In this document: positions 46,198 through 56,869 of the stretch, in pieces | How positions within the stretch are numbered: position 1 is the first letter of the stretch | Layout of the letters: every line of letters starts with the position of its first letter | Assembly: GCA_963675665.1 (NCBI GenBank) | Contig: OY776510.1 | Coordinates: forward strand, 576,001-640,000 | Direction of reading: 5' to 3' | Length of the DNA: 64,000 nt | Source of the DNA: Spirochaetia bacterium | Lineage (GTDB): Bacteria; Spirochaetota; Spirochaetia; UBA9216 | Program-made: the position numbers and the translations under genes | Notes under the pieces: generated by a model | What the model saw: only the letters and a program-made list of their open reading frames with translations | Databases searched by the model: none | What the model was told of the DNA's origin: nothing

Positions 46198-47085
46198 ATG
46201 AAAATATTACTGACCGGCGCTTCCGGATTATTAGGCCGAACTCTATTAAGGGATCTGAAAGCCTCGAAAAAACCGTTCGACGTTACAGGCGCAGCTTTCT
46301 CAAGAGCTGCAGAACCTCTAAGAAAAATTGATCTTACCGACAGGTCTTCTACATTGAAATTCATCGCCGGGCTGTCCCCGGACCTGATTATCCATGCTGC
46401 CGCCGAACGAAAACCGGACATAGTTCAGGCCCGGCCGGAAGCGGCTAATAAAATCAACGTTGAAGCTACCGAAACTGTAGCGCTGGCTGCGGAAAACTGT
46501 GGCGCGGCTGTTTTATACATGTCGACAAATTATATTTTTGACGGTAAAAATCCGCCTTATTACCCCGAATCCGTTCCGAATCCGCTTAATGCATACGGCA
46601 GAATGAAACTGGCCGGGGAAAAGAAAATACTGGAATTATGCTCAAAACCGGTCATTCTGCGCATACCGGTACTGTACGGCAATGTCGAGTATCCCGGAGA
46701 AAGTCCGATAACAATAATTGCGGAGAACATGAAACCGGACAAAGCTACCTTTTTTGATAACACTTTGATGCGTTATCCGACCCATGTCGCAGATGTTTCC
46801 GGGGTTATCTGCGGTCTTGCATACATGCTCAGCGAAGGCAAAAACATTGAAGGGATCTACCACTGGGGAAGCAGCAAGGCTTATACAAAATTCGAAATTG
46901 CACAAATTATTGCCGAAATTTCGGGAATAAATAAGGATCTAATCAGGGAAGCAGCTCCTGATCCGAATGCGGCCCCCCGTCCGAAAAACGCGGAACTTAA
47001 TACGGAACGGCTTCGCAGCCTTGGTCTTGGCAGCGAAACCGATTTTGTTTCAGCCATAAAAAGCATACTGGATGATTTTAAATGA
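46198..47085 (+). CDS. RmlD/MAT2B-like extended SDR
   Basis: TGASGLLG, HAAAE, STNYIFDG, YGRMK. Confidence 0.85.
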   Translation: MKILLTGASGLLGRTLLRDLKASKKPFDVTGAAFSRAAEPLRKIDLTDRSSTLKFIAGLSPDLIIHAAAERKPDIVQARPEAANKINVEATETVALAAENCGAAVLYMSTNYIFDGKNPPYYPESVPNPLNAYGRMKLAGEKKILELCSKPVILRIPVLYGNVEYPGESPITIIAENMKPDKATFFDNTLMRYPTHVADVSGVICGLAYMLSEGKNIEGIYHWGSSKAYTKFEIAQIIAEISGINKDLIREAAPDPNAAPRPKNAELNTERLRSLGLGSETDFVSAIKSILDDFK

Positions 47086-48020
47086 ATAAAAATCCGGACA
47101 TTATCTGCTGCGGTCACGCTGCATATGATCTCAATTTCATAATGGATGAATATCCTGTTGAAGATGAAAAATACAAGATTGACGAATTAATTCAAACCGG
47201 CGGCGGGCCGGCGGCAAACGCCGCAAGCCTGCTGGCCTTATGGGGCGTTAAGACAGCCTTTGCCGGTCTTGCAGGAGACGACATTTACGGCCGGCTGATA
47301 AAAGAAGAACTGGTTGAAGCCGGTGTAGATATATCTCTTCTGCAGCTGGATAAAAATAAAAACACCCCGTTGTCGGCTGTAATTGTAAACACTGCAACCG
47401 GCAGCCGGACCCTTCTCAACCGCCGCAATTCCACGGACCAACCCGCGGTATCTGCCGAAACAACGGCATTGTTGTCGCAGATGACGCCGACGGTTCTTCA
47501 TTTTGACGGACATGCTCTTGATCTGAGCTTAAAAATGATTAAACTTTTTCCGGAGGCAAAGATTGTAATGGATGCGGGATCTCTCCGTCCTTCAACAGAT
47601 CGCCTCTGCGCCGCAGCCGATTATGCTGTCTGCAGCAGGAAATATGCTGAAGAAGCCTCCGGCCTGGAAGACATTGTAAGCGAAGAAGGTCGAAGACGCT
47701 GCCTTGGTATGCTTTCAAAAAAATATCCGGGCTGCATAATCGTCACCCTGGGTGCCAAAGGCCTGTTTTGCGGAAATCGCAATGCCTCGGGAGAGCCGGT
47801 TCTGCAAAGTGTTAACGCGTTCAGAGTAAAGGCCGTCGACTCAACCGGCGCAGGGGACATATTTCACGCAGCCTTCTCCTACGGCCTGCTGAAAGGTTTC
47901 AGCCTGGAGAAAAACCTGCGTTTCTCATCCGCTGCAGCCGCGTTATCAGTTACAAAACCGGGCGGCAGAACATCCATTCCGTCACTTGAAGACACTGCCG
48001 CGCTTGCCGGACGGACGTAA
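47082..48020 (+). CDS. PfkB family carbohydrate kinase
   Basis: GGGPAANA, VTLGAKG, DSTGAGDIF. Confidence 0.92.
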   Translation: MNKNPDIICCGHAAYDLNFIMDEYPVEDEKYKIDELIQTGGGPAANAASLLALWGVKTAFAGLAGDDIYGRLIKEELVEAGVDISLLQLDKNKNTPLSAVIVNTATGSRTLLNRRNSTDQPAVSAETTALLSQMTPTVLHFDGHALDLSLKMIKLFPEAKIVMDAGSLRPSTDRLCAAADYAVCSRKYAEEASGLEDIVSEEGRRRCLGMLSKKYPGCIIVTLGAKGLFCGNRNASGEPVLQSVNAFRVKAVDSTGAGDIFHAAFSYGLLKGFSLEKNLRFSSAAAALSVTKPGGRTSIPSLEDTAALAGRT

Positions 48021-48027
48021 AAGCAGT

Positions 48028-50025
48028 TTACGGAATTATCGAGATGCCGCCTGTCAGGCCGCCGGAAAGGCTGTCGAAACCGGCGAAAGAAGCAATTTTC
48101 AGCGGTTTAAGTCCGATCAGCGACAAGTCCATGGACAACGACAAGCCCGAACTCCACAGATACTGATCAAACCATCCTGTTTCGGTAAATATTCCAATTT
48201 CTATTTCCTTAAACATAAACAGTTCGGCAACCGCCGGTCTGAAATTATAAGGGTTCAGGACTATTTCGGCTGACGCAAAATTTACGCTTGTATATTCGCC
48301 CGGATTAACCGTTGAGCGCATTCCGTCCCGCAGATAATATGAGGAAACTCCTCCGGACACAGGTCTGCGTGTAAATCCGCGGCTGTCTACCCGAAAAAGG
48401 CCCGAGGTTCCCGGAACAGGTACTGAAACTTCAAGATCAGCAAAAATTACTGCATTGTCGGCATTGAACACTCCAGCCTGATTGGGCAGCTGTCCTCCGA
48501 AAAACAGGGCAGCGCGGTAATTTTCTTCGGAGATTTGATTTGAATCAGCCGAAAAACCGGCCTGCAGCGTAAGAAGCGAATCAGCCGGAACAGAAACCCC
48601 GTTAATTGCAAGCTCTCCCGAGCCGAGCAAAGCAAGGCGGAAATGTTCTGTTGCAAGCGGAACAAAGTCTATCCCTGCATAGACATCGGATGAATTCCAG
48701 AAATCCTGCAGGGTTTTCGTGTCATCAAATAATACTGCCGGATTTCCAAGCCGCAATGTATATTCTGCATCAATCCTTATCGCATGGGCAATATCCCGGG
48801 AAATGTTAAAATCAACAACCGGAAAAATCTCCGAAAACTGCGACATATCTATTCCTGCACCGGCAGACGCTGCCGCCGAGAAATATCCGTACGAAAAATC
48901 AATTCCCGCCGTCAGATGGAGGTCATCATTCAGATACCTCGGGCTTCCCGGACTGCTGAAAATTCCAAGCCCGGCTGTAACAAGAGCTGTCGGTTCAAGT
49001 ACCGGTATTGATTCAAGTTTTCTGTAACGTTCAACTGCTTCTTGTATCCTGACGGAAAGACCCTGACGGATTTCTTCAAGTTCTTCCGTCATACCCGACG
49101 CGTCCAAAGACAGAAGACGGCTGCTCATGTCATACGCGGATTCATACCCTGCAGCCTGAATCTCAACCAGACTGCCGAATTCCATGAATGAAAAAGACTC
49201 CACATTGCAGCGGATAAGCAGAGGCTCATATTGTTTTATCTGTGAAACCCCGGTTCTGCTTTTACCGATATCCAGGGCCACGTTTATATTGGTAATAGGG
49301 TTTCTTAAATTCAGCTTCGGGTTCTGATAAAACGCAGTTGAGGCTATCACTGTATCAGAATATTCATAAGCCGCATCCAGCGGCACAAGATTTGCAATTC
49401 CGCCGTCTATCAACAGGTGATCACTATATTCAACCGGATCAAAATATACCGGCAGCGCATATGCAGCCCGCATAACCTTCATAAAATCGCCTTCCGCAAT
49501 TCTGACAAGACGCTTGGTTTTAAGATCCTCGCAGAGAACCATTACCGGAATCGGCAGATCCTTCAGATCAATATTTCCGGTATAGTTGTACAGCAAACCG
49601 GAAAACCTGCTCACATCTATAATTCCGCCTTTAACCGGCATTGCAACCCTGAAAAGTTCCGCTATGTCCGTAGACTGAATAATCTCAGAAATCTGATCCG
49701 GAGAAAAGCCTGCTCCGTAAAGCAATCCCACTATTGAGCCCATGGAATTGGCAATAATAAAATCCGGAACAATACCAAGCTCTTCCATACGCCTGAGAAC
49801 GCCTATGTGAGCAAACGCCCTGGCTGACCCTCCGCTGAGAACGAGTCCGACAGGTTCACGACCTTCAGCCTTCCTGGTTATACGGCTGATAAATTGATCT
49901 TCTCCATATGTAAAAGGAATATCCGCCATCATGATTTGATCGTTATCCGGTGTTTCCGCAGAGATGTAAACTGAACAGACAACCGCGTTAATTAAAAGCA
50001 ATATAATTACTATTCTGTTTTTCAT
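48028..50025 (-). CDS. Secreted patatin-like phospholipase with beta-rich C-terminal domain
   Basis: Signal peptide, SGGSARAFAHIG, ANSMG nucleophile elbow, DGG. Confidence 0.82.
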   Translation of the reverse strand: MKNRIVIILLLINAVVCSVYISAETPDNDQIMMADIPFTYGEDQFISRITRKAEGREPVGLVLSGGSARAFAHIGVLRRMEELGIVPDFIIANSMGSIVGLLYGAGFSPDQISEIIQSTDIAELFRVAMPVKGGIIDVSRFSGLLYNYTGNIDLKDLPIPVMVLCEDLKTKRLVRIAEGDFMKVMRAAYALPVYFDPVEYSDHLLIDGGIANLVPLDAAYEYSDTVIASTAFYQNPKLNLRNPITNINVALDIGKSRTGVSQIKQYEPLLIRCNVESFSFMEFGSLVEIQAAGYESAYDMSSRLLSLDASGMTEELEEIRQGLSVRIQEAVERYRKLESIPVLEPTALVTAGLGIFSSPGSPRYLNDDLHLTAGIDFSYGYFSAAASAGAGIDMSQFSEIFPVVDFNISRDIAHAIRIDAEYTLRLGNPAVLFDDTKTLQDFWNSSDVYAGIDFVPLATEHFRLALLGSGELAINGVSVPADSLLTLQAGFSADSNQISEENYRAALFFGGQLPNQAGVFNADNAVIFADLEVSVPVPGTSGLFRVDSRGFTRRPVSGGVSSYYLRDGMRSTVNPGEYTSVNFASAEIVLNPYNFRPAVAELFMFKEIEIGIFTETGWFDQYLWSSGLSLSMDLSLIGLKPLKIASFAGFDSLSGGLTGGISIIP

Positions 50026-50065
50026 GCAGAGACTATATCATAAATATGTTATAATATTCAGACCT

Positions 50066-50938
50066 ATGAACGCGTTTTATACCGAAAGAATAAGAGCAGC
50101 ATTCGAATATATAAGAAATAATCTCGATAAAAAATTAAGCCTGAAATCCGTTTCGGAAGCAACAGACCTTCCCAGACTTCATCTCCAGCGGATGTTCTAT
50201 TTTCTAACCGGTGAAAACATAGTTGAGGCCGCTGAAAGACTTAAACTGGAAAGAGCCGCTGAAATTCTTGTGTCCGAACCGGGAGCTACAATCTCGGAAC
50301 TTGCAGTTTTATCCGGTTACCAGTCAAAAAAAGAATTCAGCAGGGCGTTCAAATCCAGGTTTTCATTCTCGCCAACAGCCTGGAGAAACGGTAAAATGAA
50401 AATCCCTGTTGATGAACCCGGTGTTGTTTCCAACAAGGAATATATCGTTAATCTTTTGAACGCCGAAGTTAATACAATAGACGATTTTTACATAGCATAT
50501 TTAAAATATGCCGGCGCATATGCCGGAGATACTGCCCTGTTTATCTATTTATACAATAAGCTTACAGCATGGGCGGCTTCACGCGACCTGCTCGCCCCTG
50601 AATGTGAGAACATTGTGGTCTATCATGATCCTGTAAGTATTGTACCTAACCCCCGTCAGAAAATCTCTCTCGGGATCTCGGTTCCGGAAGATACAAAAGG
50701 CGGCCGGGACATAGGAAAAATGAAAATCAGGGGCGGTAATTACCTTGTCTGCAGATACAATATTGGAGAGGATGAAGACACCGAAGCATGGAAACACACA
50801 TACCGGGCAATCCTGCCCGAAATGAACCTTGTTCCGGAAAACGCTCCGGCCTTCGAACTTTATCCTGCTGCAGTAAAAAGTCCGGACAGGCATAAAAATA
50901 TTGTGGATATTTATATCCCTGTTAAACCGGCAGAGTAA
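50066..50938 (+). CDS. AraC family regulator with GyrI-like domain
   Basis: N-terminal double HTH (FSRAFK..SP), C-terminal YHDP/GGNY/FELY. Confidence 0.9.
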   Translation: MNAFYTERIRAAFEYIRNNLDKKLSLKSVSEATDLPRLHLQRMFYFLTGENIVEAAERLKLERAAEILVSEPGATISELAVLSGYQSKKEFSRAFKSRFSFSPTAWRNGKMKIPVDEPGVVSNKEYIVNLLNAEVNTIDDFYIAYLKYAGAYAGDTALFIYLYNKLTAWAASRDLLAPECENIVVYHDPVSIVPNPRQKISLGISVPEDTKGGRDIGKMKIRGGNYLVCRYNIGEDEDTEAWKHTYRAILPEMNLVPENAPAFELYPAAVKSPDRHKNIVDIYIPVKPAE

Positions 50939-50946
50939 CCCCCCTG

Positions 50947-52401
50947 TTATTCAGTTTTCCGGTTGCTCTTTTCCATTCTTTTTACGATCCTGCCGCATTT
51001 ATCCAATATTCCCTTTTCCATTGCAAAGGTCAGGAACAACCCTGCAAGAATCGCCCAGGTTGCCCCATAAAACGATAAAATTATTCCCACAAGAATACCG
51101 ATAGTACGTTTCATCCTGCTGTCGGCTATTTTCAGGCCGAGGGAAAAGCTTGCAAATCCCTGAAGAACCATTAATACACAAAGTATCGGAACCCGGAAAG
51201 GAAGGATAAAGGTGATAAGCGGCAAAAAAGTCATCATCACAACCCTCATGATGTTGAAAGACGCAGCACCTCCGATAAGAGAATACATGGCCTCTTTTCC
51301 CTGTTCATACCTTCTGGCAATTACCATTGTCATGGCTGCCCAGTTCGGACCGGCCAAACCGCCGTTCGGAGCTATAAGTGCATGTATTATGTTCCTTATA
51401 CCTGTTATTAAATTAAGTCTGCCGCTGTCAAACCCGACATCTTCATCAGGACGATATTCTCCCGCTTCTTCGATGGTTTCAGCAGCAAGAACTGTTTCGC
51501 CGAAAGCCATGATATACGCGGCAAGGGCAACAGGAATCGATGACAAAAACATTTCCGCATCAGGAAAACCTACTGCAAAAAGTGACCAGCTTTCAAACAT
51601 TTTACCGAACTTCGGAATAAAAAACCCGAAATCTATTTTACTTAATTCCGCTTCTCCGGCAATAATTGCGATTATTATTACCAGAATCAAGCTGGGGAAA
51701 ATTCCGTATTTTGACAGACGGCCCAGAAGGCCTTTCGGTTTTTCTTTTATTAAGGATTTTACCCGATCAGAATAAATAAGGAACAGAACAATCGGCATGC
51801 CTATTATAAGAACAAAAAAGTAATTCTTATATAAAAGACCTGAAGGAGTTATACCGTATTCTCCAATTAAAACGCTCAGCCCGGCGCCCATAATAAGACC
51901 CGCTTTCAGAGAGTCGGGAATAACCTTCATCATTCGGGAGGCCAGGCCTGAAACACCAAAAAAAATAAATATAATGCCTACTACTATCTGGAGAGCCATA
52001 TAAGCCTGAAGTCTCTCTGCTCCGGCCGGATAGCGGGCAATAAATGTCATTATCAGCGGGACAGCGGGAGTAAGCCATCCCGATATTGTTGTATCGCCAA
52101 GAAACTGATGAAGATAATATCCAAGCTGCTGTACAATTATTATAGTCAATGCTATTTCATAGGGTATTCCGAAAAGATCTTCCAGCAACGCCACCAGCCC
52201 GAGGCCGGTGGCCGTCATTATTATTCCCTGAAAAAGCTCGGACGGTTCCAGTTGATGATGGATAAGGGGAATTCTTATAACAAACGGACCGGCTTTAATC
52301 CCTGGTTGACTTTTACCCTTTATCCTTCTTCCGGTTTTAAACATCCATGTATGCTTGTTGGGCTGCAAAAGTCCTGTATCAGCTTTTTTTCCGATCCCCA
52401 C
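50947..52401 (-). CDS. Polytopic membrane transporter (nucleobase/ascorbate-permease-like, uncharacterised)
   Basis: About 12 hydrophobic segments; last gene of the tct-aroA operon. Confidence 0.6.
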   Translation of the reverse strand: MGIGKKADTGLLQPNKHTWMFKTGRRIKGKSQPGIKAGPFVIRIPLIHHQLEPSELFQGIIMTATGLGLVALLEDLFGIPYEIALTIIIVQQLGYYLHQFLGDTTISGWLTPAVPLIMTFIARYPAGAERLQAYMALQIVVGIIFIFFGVSGLASRMMKVIPDSLKAGLIMGAGLSVLIGEYGITPSGLLYKNYFFVLIIGMPIVLFLIYSDRVKSLIKEKPKGLLGRLSKYGIFPSLILVIIIAIIAGEAELSKIDFGFFIPKFGKMFESWSLFAVGFPDAEMFLSSIPVALAAYIMAFGETVLAAETIEEAGEYRPDEDVGFDSGRLNLITGIRNIIHALIAPNGGLAGPNWAAMTMVIARRYEQGKEAMYSLIGGAASFNIMRVVMMTFLPLITFILPFRVPILCVLMVLQGFASFSLGLKIADSRMKRTIGILVGIILSFYGATWAILAGLFLTFAMEKGILDKCGRIVKRMEKSNRKTE

Positions 52402-52404
52402 ACC

Positions 52405-53700
52405 TTACTCCTTGTCCGTATGGACATACTCGATATCTGCACCCATATCTTTCAAAGCCTTGTCAAATCCCGGAAAGGATATGGAAGCCGATTCGACCTT
52501 ATCAACAATCGTTTCTTCTTCCGCCGTTAAGCCGGCAATACACAAAGCCATTGCTATACGGTGATCGCCGTAACTGTTAACCTGCGCACCGGTCAGTTTG
52601 GATTGTCTTATTATTAATTCCCTGTCGGTAAGTTCGATTTTTGCTCCCATCTTTGTTAACTCCCTGACCATCAGCAGGGGTCTGTCGGTTTCTTTTATCC
52701 GTGAACTTTCAATATTGTATAATCGCGTTTCTCCCTCGGCAAAACAGCCCAGAATCGAGAGAATAGGAATGGAATCCGGGGTCGGCGAACAGTCTATTGC
52801 CCGGCCTTTCAGGGGGCGTCCTCCGTTTATTTTTATGCCTCCGGCTCCCTGCTCCGCAATACTGATGTCGGCGCCCATATCCTTCAGGATATCGATCAGA
52901 ATCTTGTCTCCCTGCACATCATTTATATCAAGCCCCCTGAGAATCACCTCAGAATCAGTGATAGCCGAACCTATAAGCGGAAATGACGCCGAAGAAAAAT
53001 CTGCCGGAACCTGCCGATCAAAACAGGAATAATCCTGGCCGGCTTTAACAAAATAACGGTTAAAATCGTTTGAAGCATCTACCTTTACATTCAGGGCTTT
53101 CATCCATTCCAGAGTCATTTCTATATATGGAATTTCATTGGCAGCATCAACAACTATTTCTGTGTCAAGCTCCGCAAGCGTTCCTGCGAGAATTGCAGAA
53201 CTCACATACTGCGATACTATTCCATCAACATAACACTTTCCGCCTTTTAACGGACCTTTTACAATAAACGGTGCACTGCCGTTGCCTCTGACTGAAAAGG
53301 CTTCGGCTCCGAGAAGTTTCAGCGCATTAAGCACAGGCTGCATCGGCCGGGATCGGATTTGTTCGTCTCCGGTAAATACCGTCATCCCGTTCAGGGAGGC
53401 TGCCAAAGCCGAACCTGAATACATTGATGTACCGGAATTTCCAACGTCCACAATATCTTCAGGTACGTGAAGCTCTCCGCCCTCCACGGTCCAGTAGTCG
53501 TCCCGTTCCATATCCAGCGGCACACCCATTGCCTTGATTAATCCTGCAGCAGAAAGTGAATCTTTCGAACGAACAGGTTTTCTGATTATGGATTTTCCTT
53601 TACCCAGAGCTCCAAAGTACAGAGCCCTGATCATGTGTGATTTGGATCCGGGTATCCACACCTCACCCGTCAGACCTGATTTTCGTATTTTGGCCAGCAT
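52405..53700 (-). CDS. aroA: 3-phosphoshikimate 1-carboxyvinyltransferase (EPSP synthase)
   Basis: PGSKS, GNSGT, RPM, SQY, DFSSA, QGD, RIKETDR, DHRIAM. Confidence 0.88.
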   Translation of the reverse strand: MLAKIRKSGLTGEVWIPGSKSHMIRALYFGALGKGKSIIRKPVRSKDSLSAAGLIKAMGVPLDMERDDYWTVEGGELHVPEDIVDVGNSGTSMYSGSALAASLNGMTVFTGDEQIRSRPMQPVLNALKLLGAEAFSVRGNGSAPFIVKGPLKGGKCYVDGIVSQYVSSAILAGTLAELDTEIVVDAANEIPYIEMTLEWMKALNVKVDASNDFNRYFVKAGQDYSCFDRQVPADFSSASFPLIGSAITDSEVILRGLDINDVQGDKILIDILKDMGADISIAEQGAGGIKINGGRPLKGRAIDCSPTPDSIPILSILGCFAEGETRLYNIESSRIKETDRPLLMVRELTKMGAKIELTDRELIIRQSKLTGAQVNSYGDHRIAMALCIAGLTAEEETIVDKVESASISFPGFDKALKDMGADIEYVHTDKE

Positions 53701-53733
53701 ATTTTTCTCCAGAAACTGTAATTATTTTTATTT

Positions 53734-54174
53734 TTACGGCAATCTTACGTTTAGCAGATATCTGAACAGATAAAAAACTCCCAGAGCCGTTACAACCGAT
53801 ATTATCGGGATTTTCCAATAAAACTTTTTGTACAGAAAGAGCATGGCCATACAAAGAAAAATAATGGTTGAAGCAATAAAATGCAGATAGTTAAGCATCA
53901 GCAGATATAAAAGGAAAATACCTGTAATAATAAATATATTTCTTTTTCCTGCTTCTTCATTGTCTGAAGAATCATCATTTTCCTGCCCTGAGCGAAAAAG
54001 CTGAACAAGTCTTATTCCACCCAGAACGGCCATCAGCAGAGAAACAAAACCGGGAAAGAGTCCGGGGCTTAAAGCGGCAGGCCCCATCAGAGGCAATTTT
54101 ATACTGTATATAAAACCCGCCACCCCCGCAACTGCAAGAATGATCATAAACCATCTTTCTCTTTTATTCGTCAT
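53734..54174 (-). CDS. tctB: Tripartite tricarboxylate transporter small TM subunit
   Basis: Four TM segments, SPGLFP, C-terminal LNVRLP. Confidence 0.85.
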   Translation of the reverse strand: MTNKRERWFMIILAVAGVAGFIYSIKLPLMGPAALSPGLFPGFVSLLMAVLGGIRLVQLFRSGQENDDSSDNEEAGKRNIFIITGIFLLYLLMLNYLHFIASTIIFLCMAMLFLYKKFYWKIPIISVVTALGVFYLFRYLLNVRLP

Positions 54175-54218
54175 TAACAATCTCCCGGTTATTTGTTTAT
54201 CCTGAAATACAGACTGCC

Positions 54219-55244
54219 CTATTGTCTGGCAATTCCGAATTCTTCAGGTGATTTTGTAGCCACTCCCGAATCATATAAAAGCCAGGTCGTCAGCGGCTTC
54301 CATGCGTCGACTCTCTTGCGGAATTCATCACCTGTTTCACCAATAATCTGAAGGTAGTACTTGTCACAAAAGGTTTTCCATTCGGGGTTGGCGGAAGCTT
54401 TTAATGCGGCATCTGAGAGTTTGTCTACTATAGCTTCCGGAGTATCCTTATGTACAAGCATCATTACCATTACACCGTAAGGCATTACCTTTTTAAAGGC
54501 AGGCACCTCAGCTCCGAGCGCGGGAACGCCCTCAACTATTTCATCGTTTGTAAAAGTAGCCAGCAGCTTGATTTTTTCGGCCTTGTAGTTTTCCATAATG
54601 GAGACAAGCGGATTAAAAGCTACTTCAACATGTCCGCCCAACAGCGCAGCCATAACCTTTCCGCCTCCACCGAACGGAACCATATTGAATTCACTTTCGG
54701 AATACTCCGAAAAGAGCAGACCGGAAACATGCCCGAGAGAGCCTGGCGATGCAAAACCGGAGATAATCTTGCCGGGTCTTGACTGGGCATCGTTAATCAG
54801 TTCTTCCACAGTATTCCACGGAGCATCCGATCTGACGTAGCATGTCGGATTAAGCCCGGTCATAATTATCACCGGAGTGAAATCATTTATATCCATATCC
54901 GAAGTACCCATTACATTCCAGACTCCGCATGATTCAGTTGTTGTTATAAGAACTGTATAACCGTCAGCCGCCTTGTTCATAACATATTGGCTTCCTACCG
55001 CACCGCTTGCTCCTGCTTTGTTCTGGGGAACCATACTTACATCGCCCAGTTCCTTTTCCATCAGCGGCAAAAAATTTCTTGCTATATTATCAGTAAGACC
55101 TCCGGCCCCCCATGTAATTACAGCTTCTATTTCCCTGTCAGGATAGGTATCTGTATTTACCTCCTGACTTCCTTCAGCAAAAGAAACTCCAACTGCCAGC
55201 AATAATAAAACACCCGTCAGAATTACTTTTCCAACCATTTTCAT
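54219..55244 (-). CDS. tctC: Tripartite tricarboxylate transporter binding protein (Bug/TctC)
   Basis: YPDR, AGGLTD, GASGAVG, ADGYT, VPFGGG, ALLGGHV. Confidence 0.88.
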   Translation of the reverse strand: MKMVGKVILTGVLLLLAVGVSFAEGSQEVNTDTYPDREIEAVITWGAGGLTDNIARNFLPLMEKELGDVSMVPQNKAGASGAVGSQYVMNKAADGYTVLITTTESCGVWNVMGTSDMDINDFTPVIIMTGLNPTCYVRSDAPWNTVEELINDAQSRPGKIISGFASPGSLGHVSGLLFSEYSESEFNMVPFGGGGKVMAALLGGHVEVAFNPLVSIMENYKAEKIKLLATFTNDEIVEGVPALGAEVPAFKKVMPYGVMVMMLVHKDTPEAIVDKLSDAALKASANPEWKTFCDKYYLQIIGETGDEFRKRVDAWKPLTTWLLYDSGVATKSPEEFGIARQ

Positions 55245-55339
55245 AATCTCCTCCTGATTTTGAATATTTATTAATATTCTCTGGCGCTACGCGCTCTGAC
55301 AACCTTGTTTGATAGTTAACCAATTCTGCCTTTCCGGTT

Positions 55340-56857
55340 TCATACCGTCTTTCTTTTAAAATTACCCGCAACCTTTGAGATAATCTTCTTTCTCCAGTTT
55401 TTGAAAGCTTTTATCTGATCCAGAATCTGAAGTAAGGCAAAGAAAAAAATCAGAATAGCTATGGGACGGGTAACAAGCATCCCCAGGATATTTCCTTCCG
55501 ATATCATTGATACCCTTCTCATCTCCCCGTCGGCCATGCCTCCAAGAACAAGACCTATTACCACCGGTCCTATAGGGAATTTTATTAACTTGAAAAAATA
55601 ACCCAGCAACCCGGCGCAAACCATAATGATAATATCTGCAACCGAATTTCTTATGGCGTAAGCTCCTACAAAGCACAATACTGAAACAATCGGCATAAGG
55701 GTTTCCGGGCGAATGGAAAGGATTTTCGGAAAAAATTTCGTTACAAAAAGACCGATAAAAAGAAACAGCACATTTGCAAGAACAAGCAGGATGATTATAT
55801 ACCAGAACAGGTCTGCGCTGTTGACCATCATCATGGGCCCGGGCTGCAGCCCGTGTACAATGAATGCTCCCATCATTATCGCAGTAACCGCATCACCTGG
55901 AATTCCGAGGGTTAAAAGCGGAATCATGGCTCCGCCTACCATCGCGTTGTTCGCAACCTCAGGAGCAACCACTCCTTCATAGGCTCCCTGGCCGAAAGGC
56001 TGACTGGGGTTTTTAACGGTTTTTTTCGCATTGTCATAGGCAAGAAAAGATGCAATTGTTCCCCCTACTCCGGGAAGAGCTCCTATCCAGGCTCCCAGTA
56101 CTGAAGATCTGATTATCACGGGGATCATTTTTAAAAATGTTTTCATTTTAGGTATGACTTTTCCCAGCTGTTTTATTATCTGATGTTCATGAGACGGAGT
56201 TCTCATCTGCACAATGACTTCCGACAAACCGAAAAAGCCGATTAAACTGGGAATAAGGCCTATCCCCGACATCAGATGCATACTGCCGAATGTAAACCTG
56301 GGAATACCATAAACCGGATCCATTCCAACCGTAGACAACAAAAGCCCGCACAAACCGGCCAGAATTGCCTTTATGAACGAACCCTCCGACAGGTTTCCGA
56401 TTGTTACAAGTCCCAGAAAAATAAGCCCCAGGTACTCGAACGGACCGAAACTTAACGCAATTGTGGATATCGGAGGCGCAAAGAGAGCAAGAAAAAAGAC
56501 GCCGATAAGCCCGCCGATAAACGAGCCGATTCTGGCCAGCCCAAGGGCCATGGCAGCCTTGCCCTGTCTGGCCAGGGGATATCCGTCAAAACCTGTGCAT
56601 ATGGCCGCCGGCGCTCCCGGAATATTCAGAAGTACAGCTGAAATTGATCCTCCGAAGACCCCCCCGCAGTAAACGCCGATAATCATGGCCAACGCGTATT
56701 CCATCGACCAGCTGAAGGTCAATGAAACCAAAAGGGCTGTAGCCATTGTGACTGAAAGACCAGGAAGCGCGCCTATTATAACGCCGCTTAAACTGCCCAG
56801 TGCTGTAAGAAGAATCACATTAATATCAAAGGCATTCAGTAAAGCTTCAAAAAACAA
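55340..56857 (-). CDS. tctA: Tripartite tricarboxylate transporter large TM subunit
   Basis: GALPGL, NIPGAPA, FDGYPL, EVANN, TLGIPG, PGP. Confidence 0.93.
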   Translation of the reverse strand: MFFEALLNAFDINVILLTALGSLSGVIIGALPGLSVTMATALLVSLTFSWSMEYALAMIIGVYCGGVFGGSISAVLLNIPGAPAAICTGFDGYPLARQGKAAMALGLARIGSFIGGLIGVFFLALFAPPISTIALSFGPFEYLGLIFLGLVTIGNLSEGSFIKAILAGLCGLLLSTVGMDPVYGIPRFTFGSMHLMSGIGLIPSLIGFFGLSEVIVQMRTPSHEHQIIKQLGKVIPKMKTFLKMIPVIIRSSVLGAWIGALPGVGGTIASFLAYDNAKKTVKNPSQPFGQGAYEGVVAPEVANNAMVGGAMIPLLTLGIPGDAVTAIMMGAFIVHGLQPGPMMMVNSADLFWYIIILLVLANVLFLFIGLFVTKFFPKILSIRPETLMPIVSVLCFVGAYAIRNSVADIIIMVCAGLLGYFFKLIKFPIGPVVIGLVLGGMADGEMRRVSMISEGNILGMLVTRPIAILIFFFALLQILDQIKAFKNWRKKIISKVAGNFKRKTV

Positions 56858-56869
56858 TCGGCCACCTCC

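Noticed and set aside
46198-47085. RmlD-like gene as part of a polysaccharide locus
   Set aside because: No rmlABC or glycosyltransferase nearby
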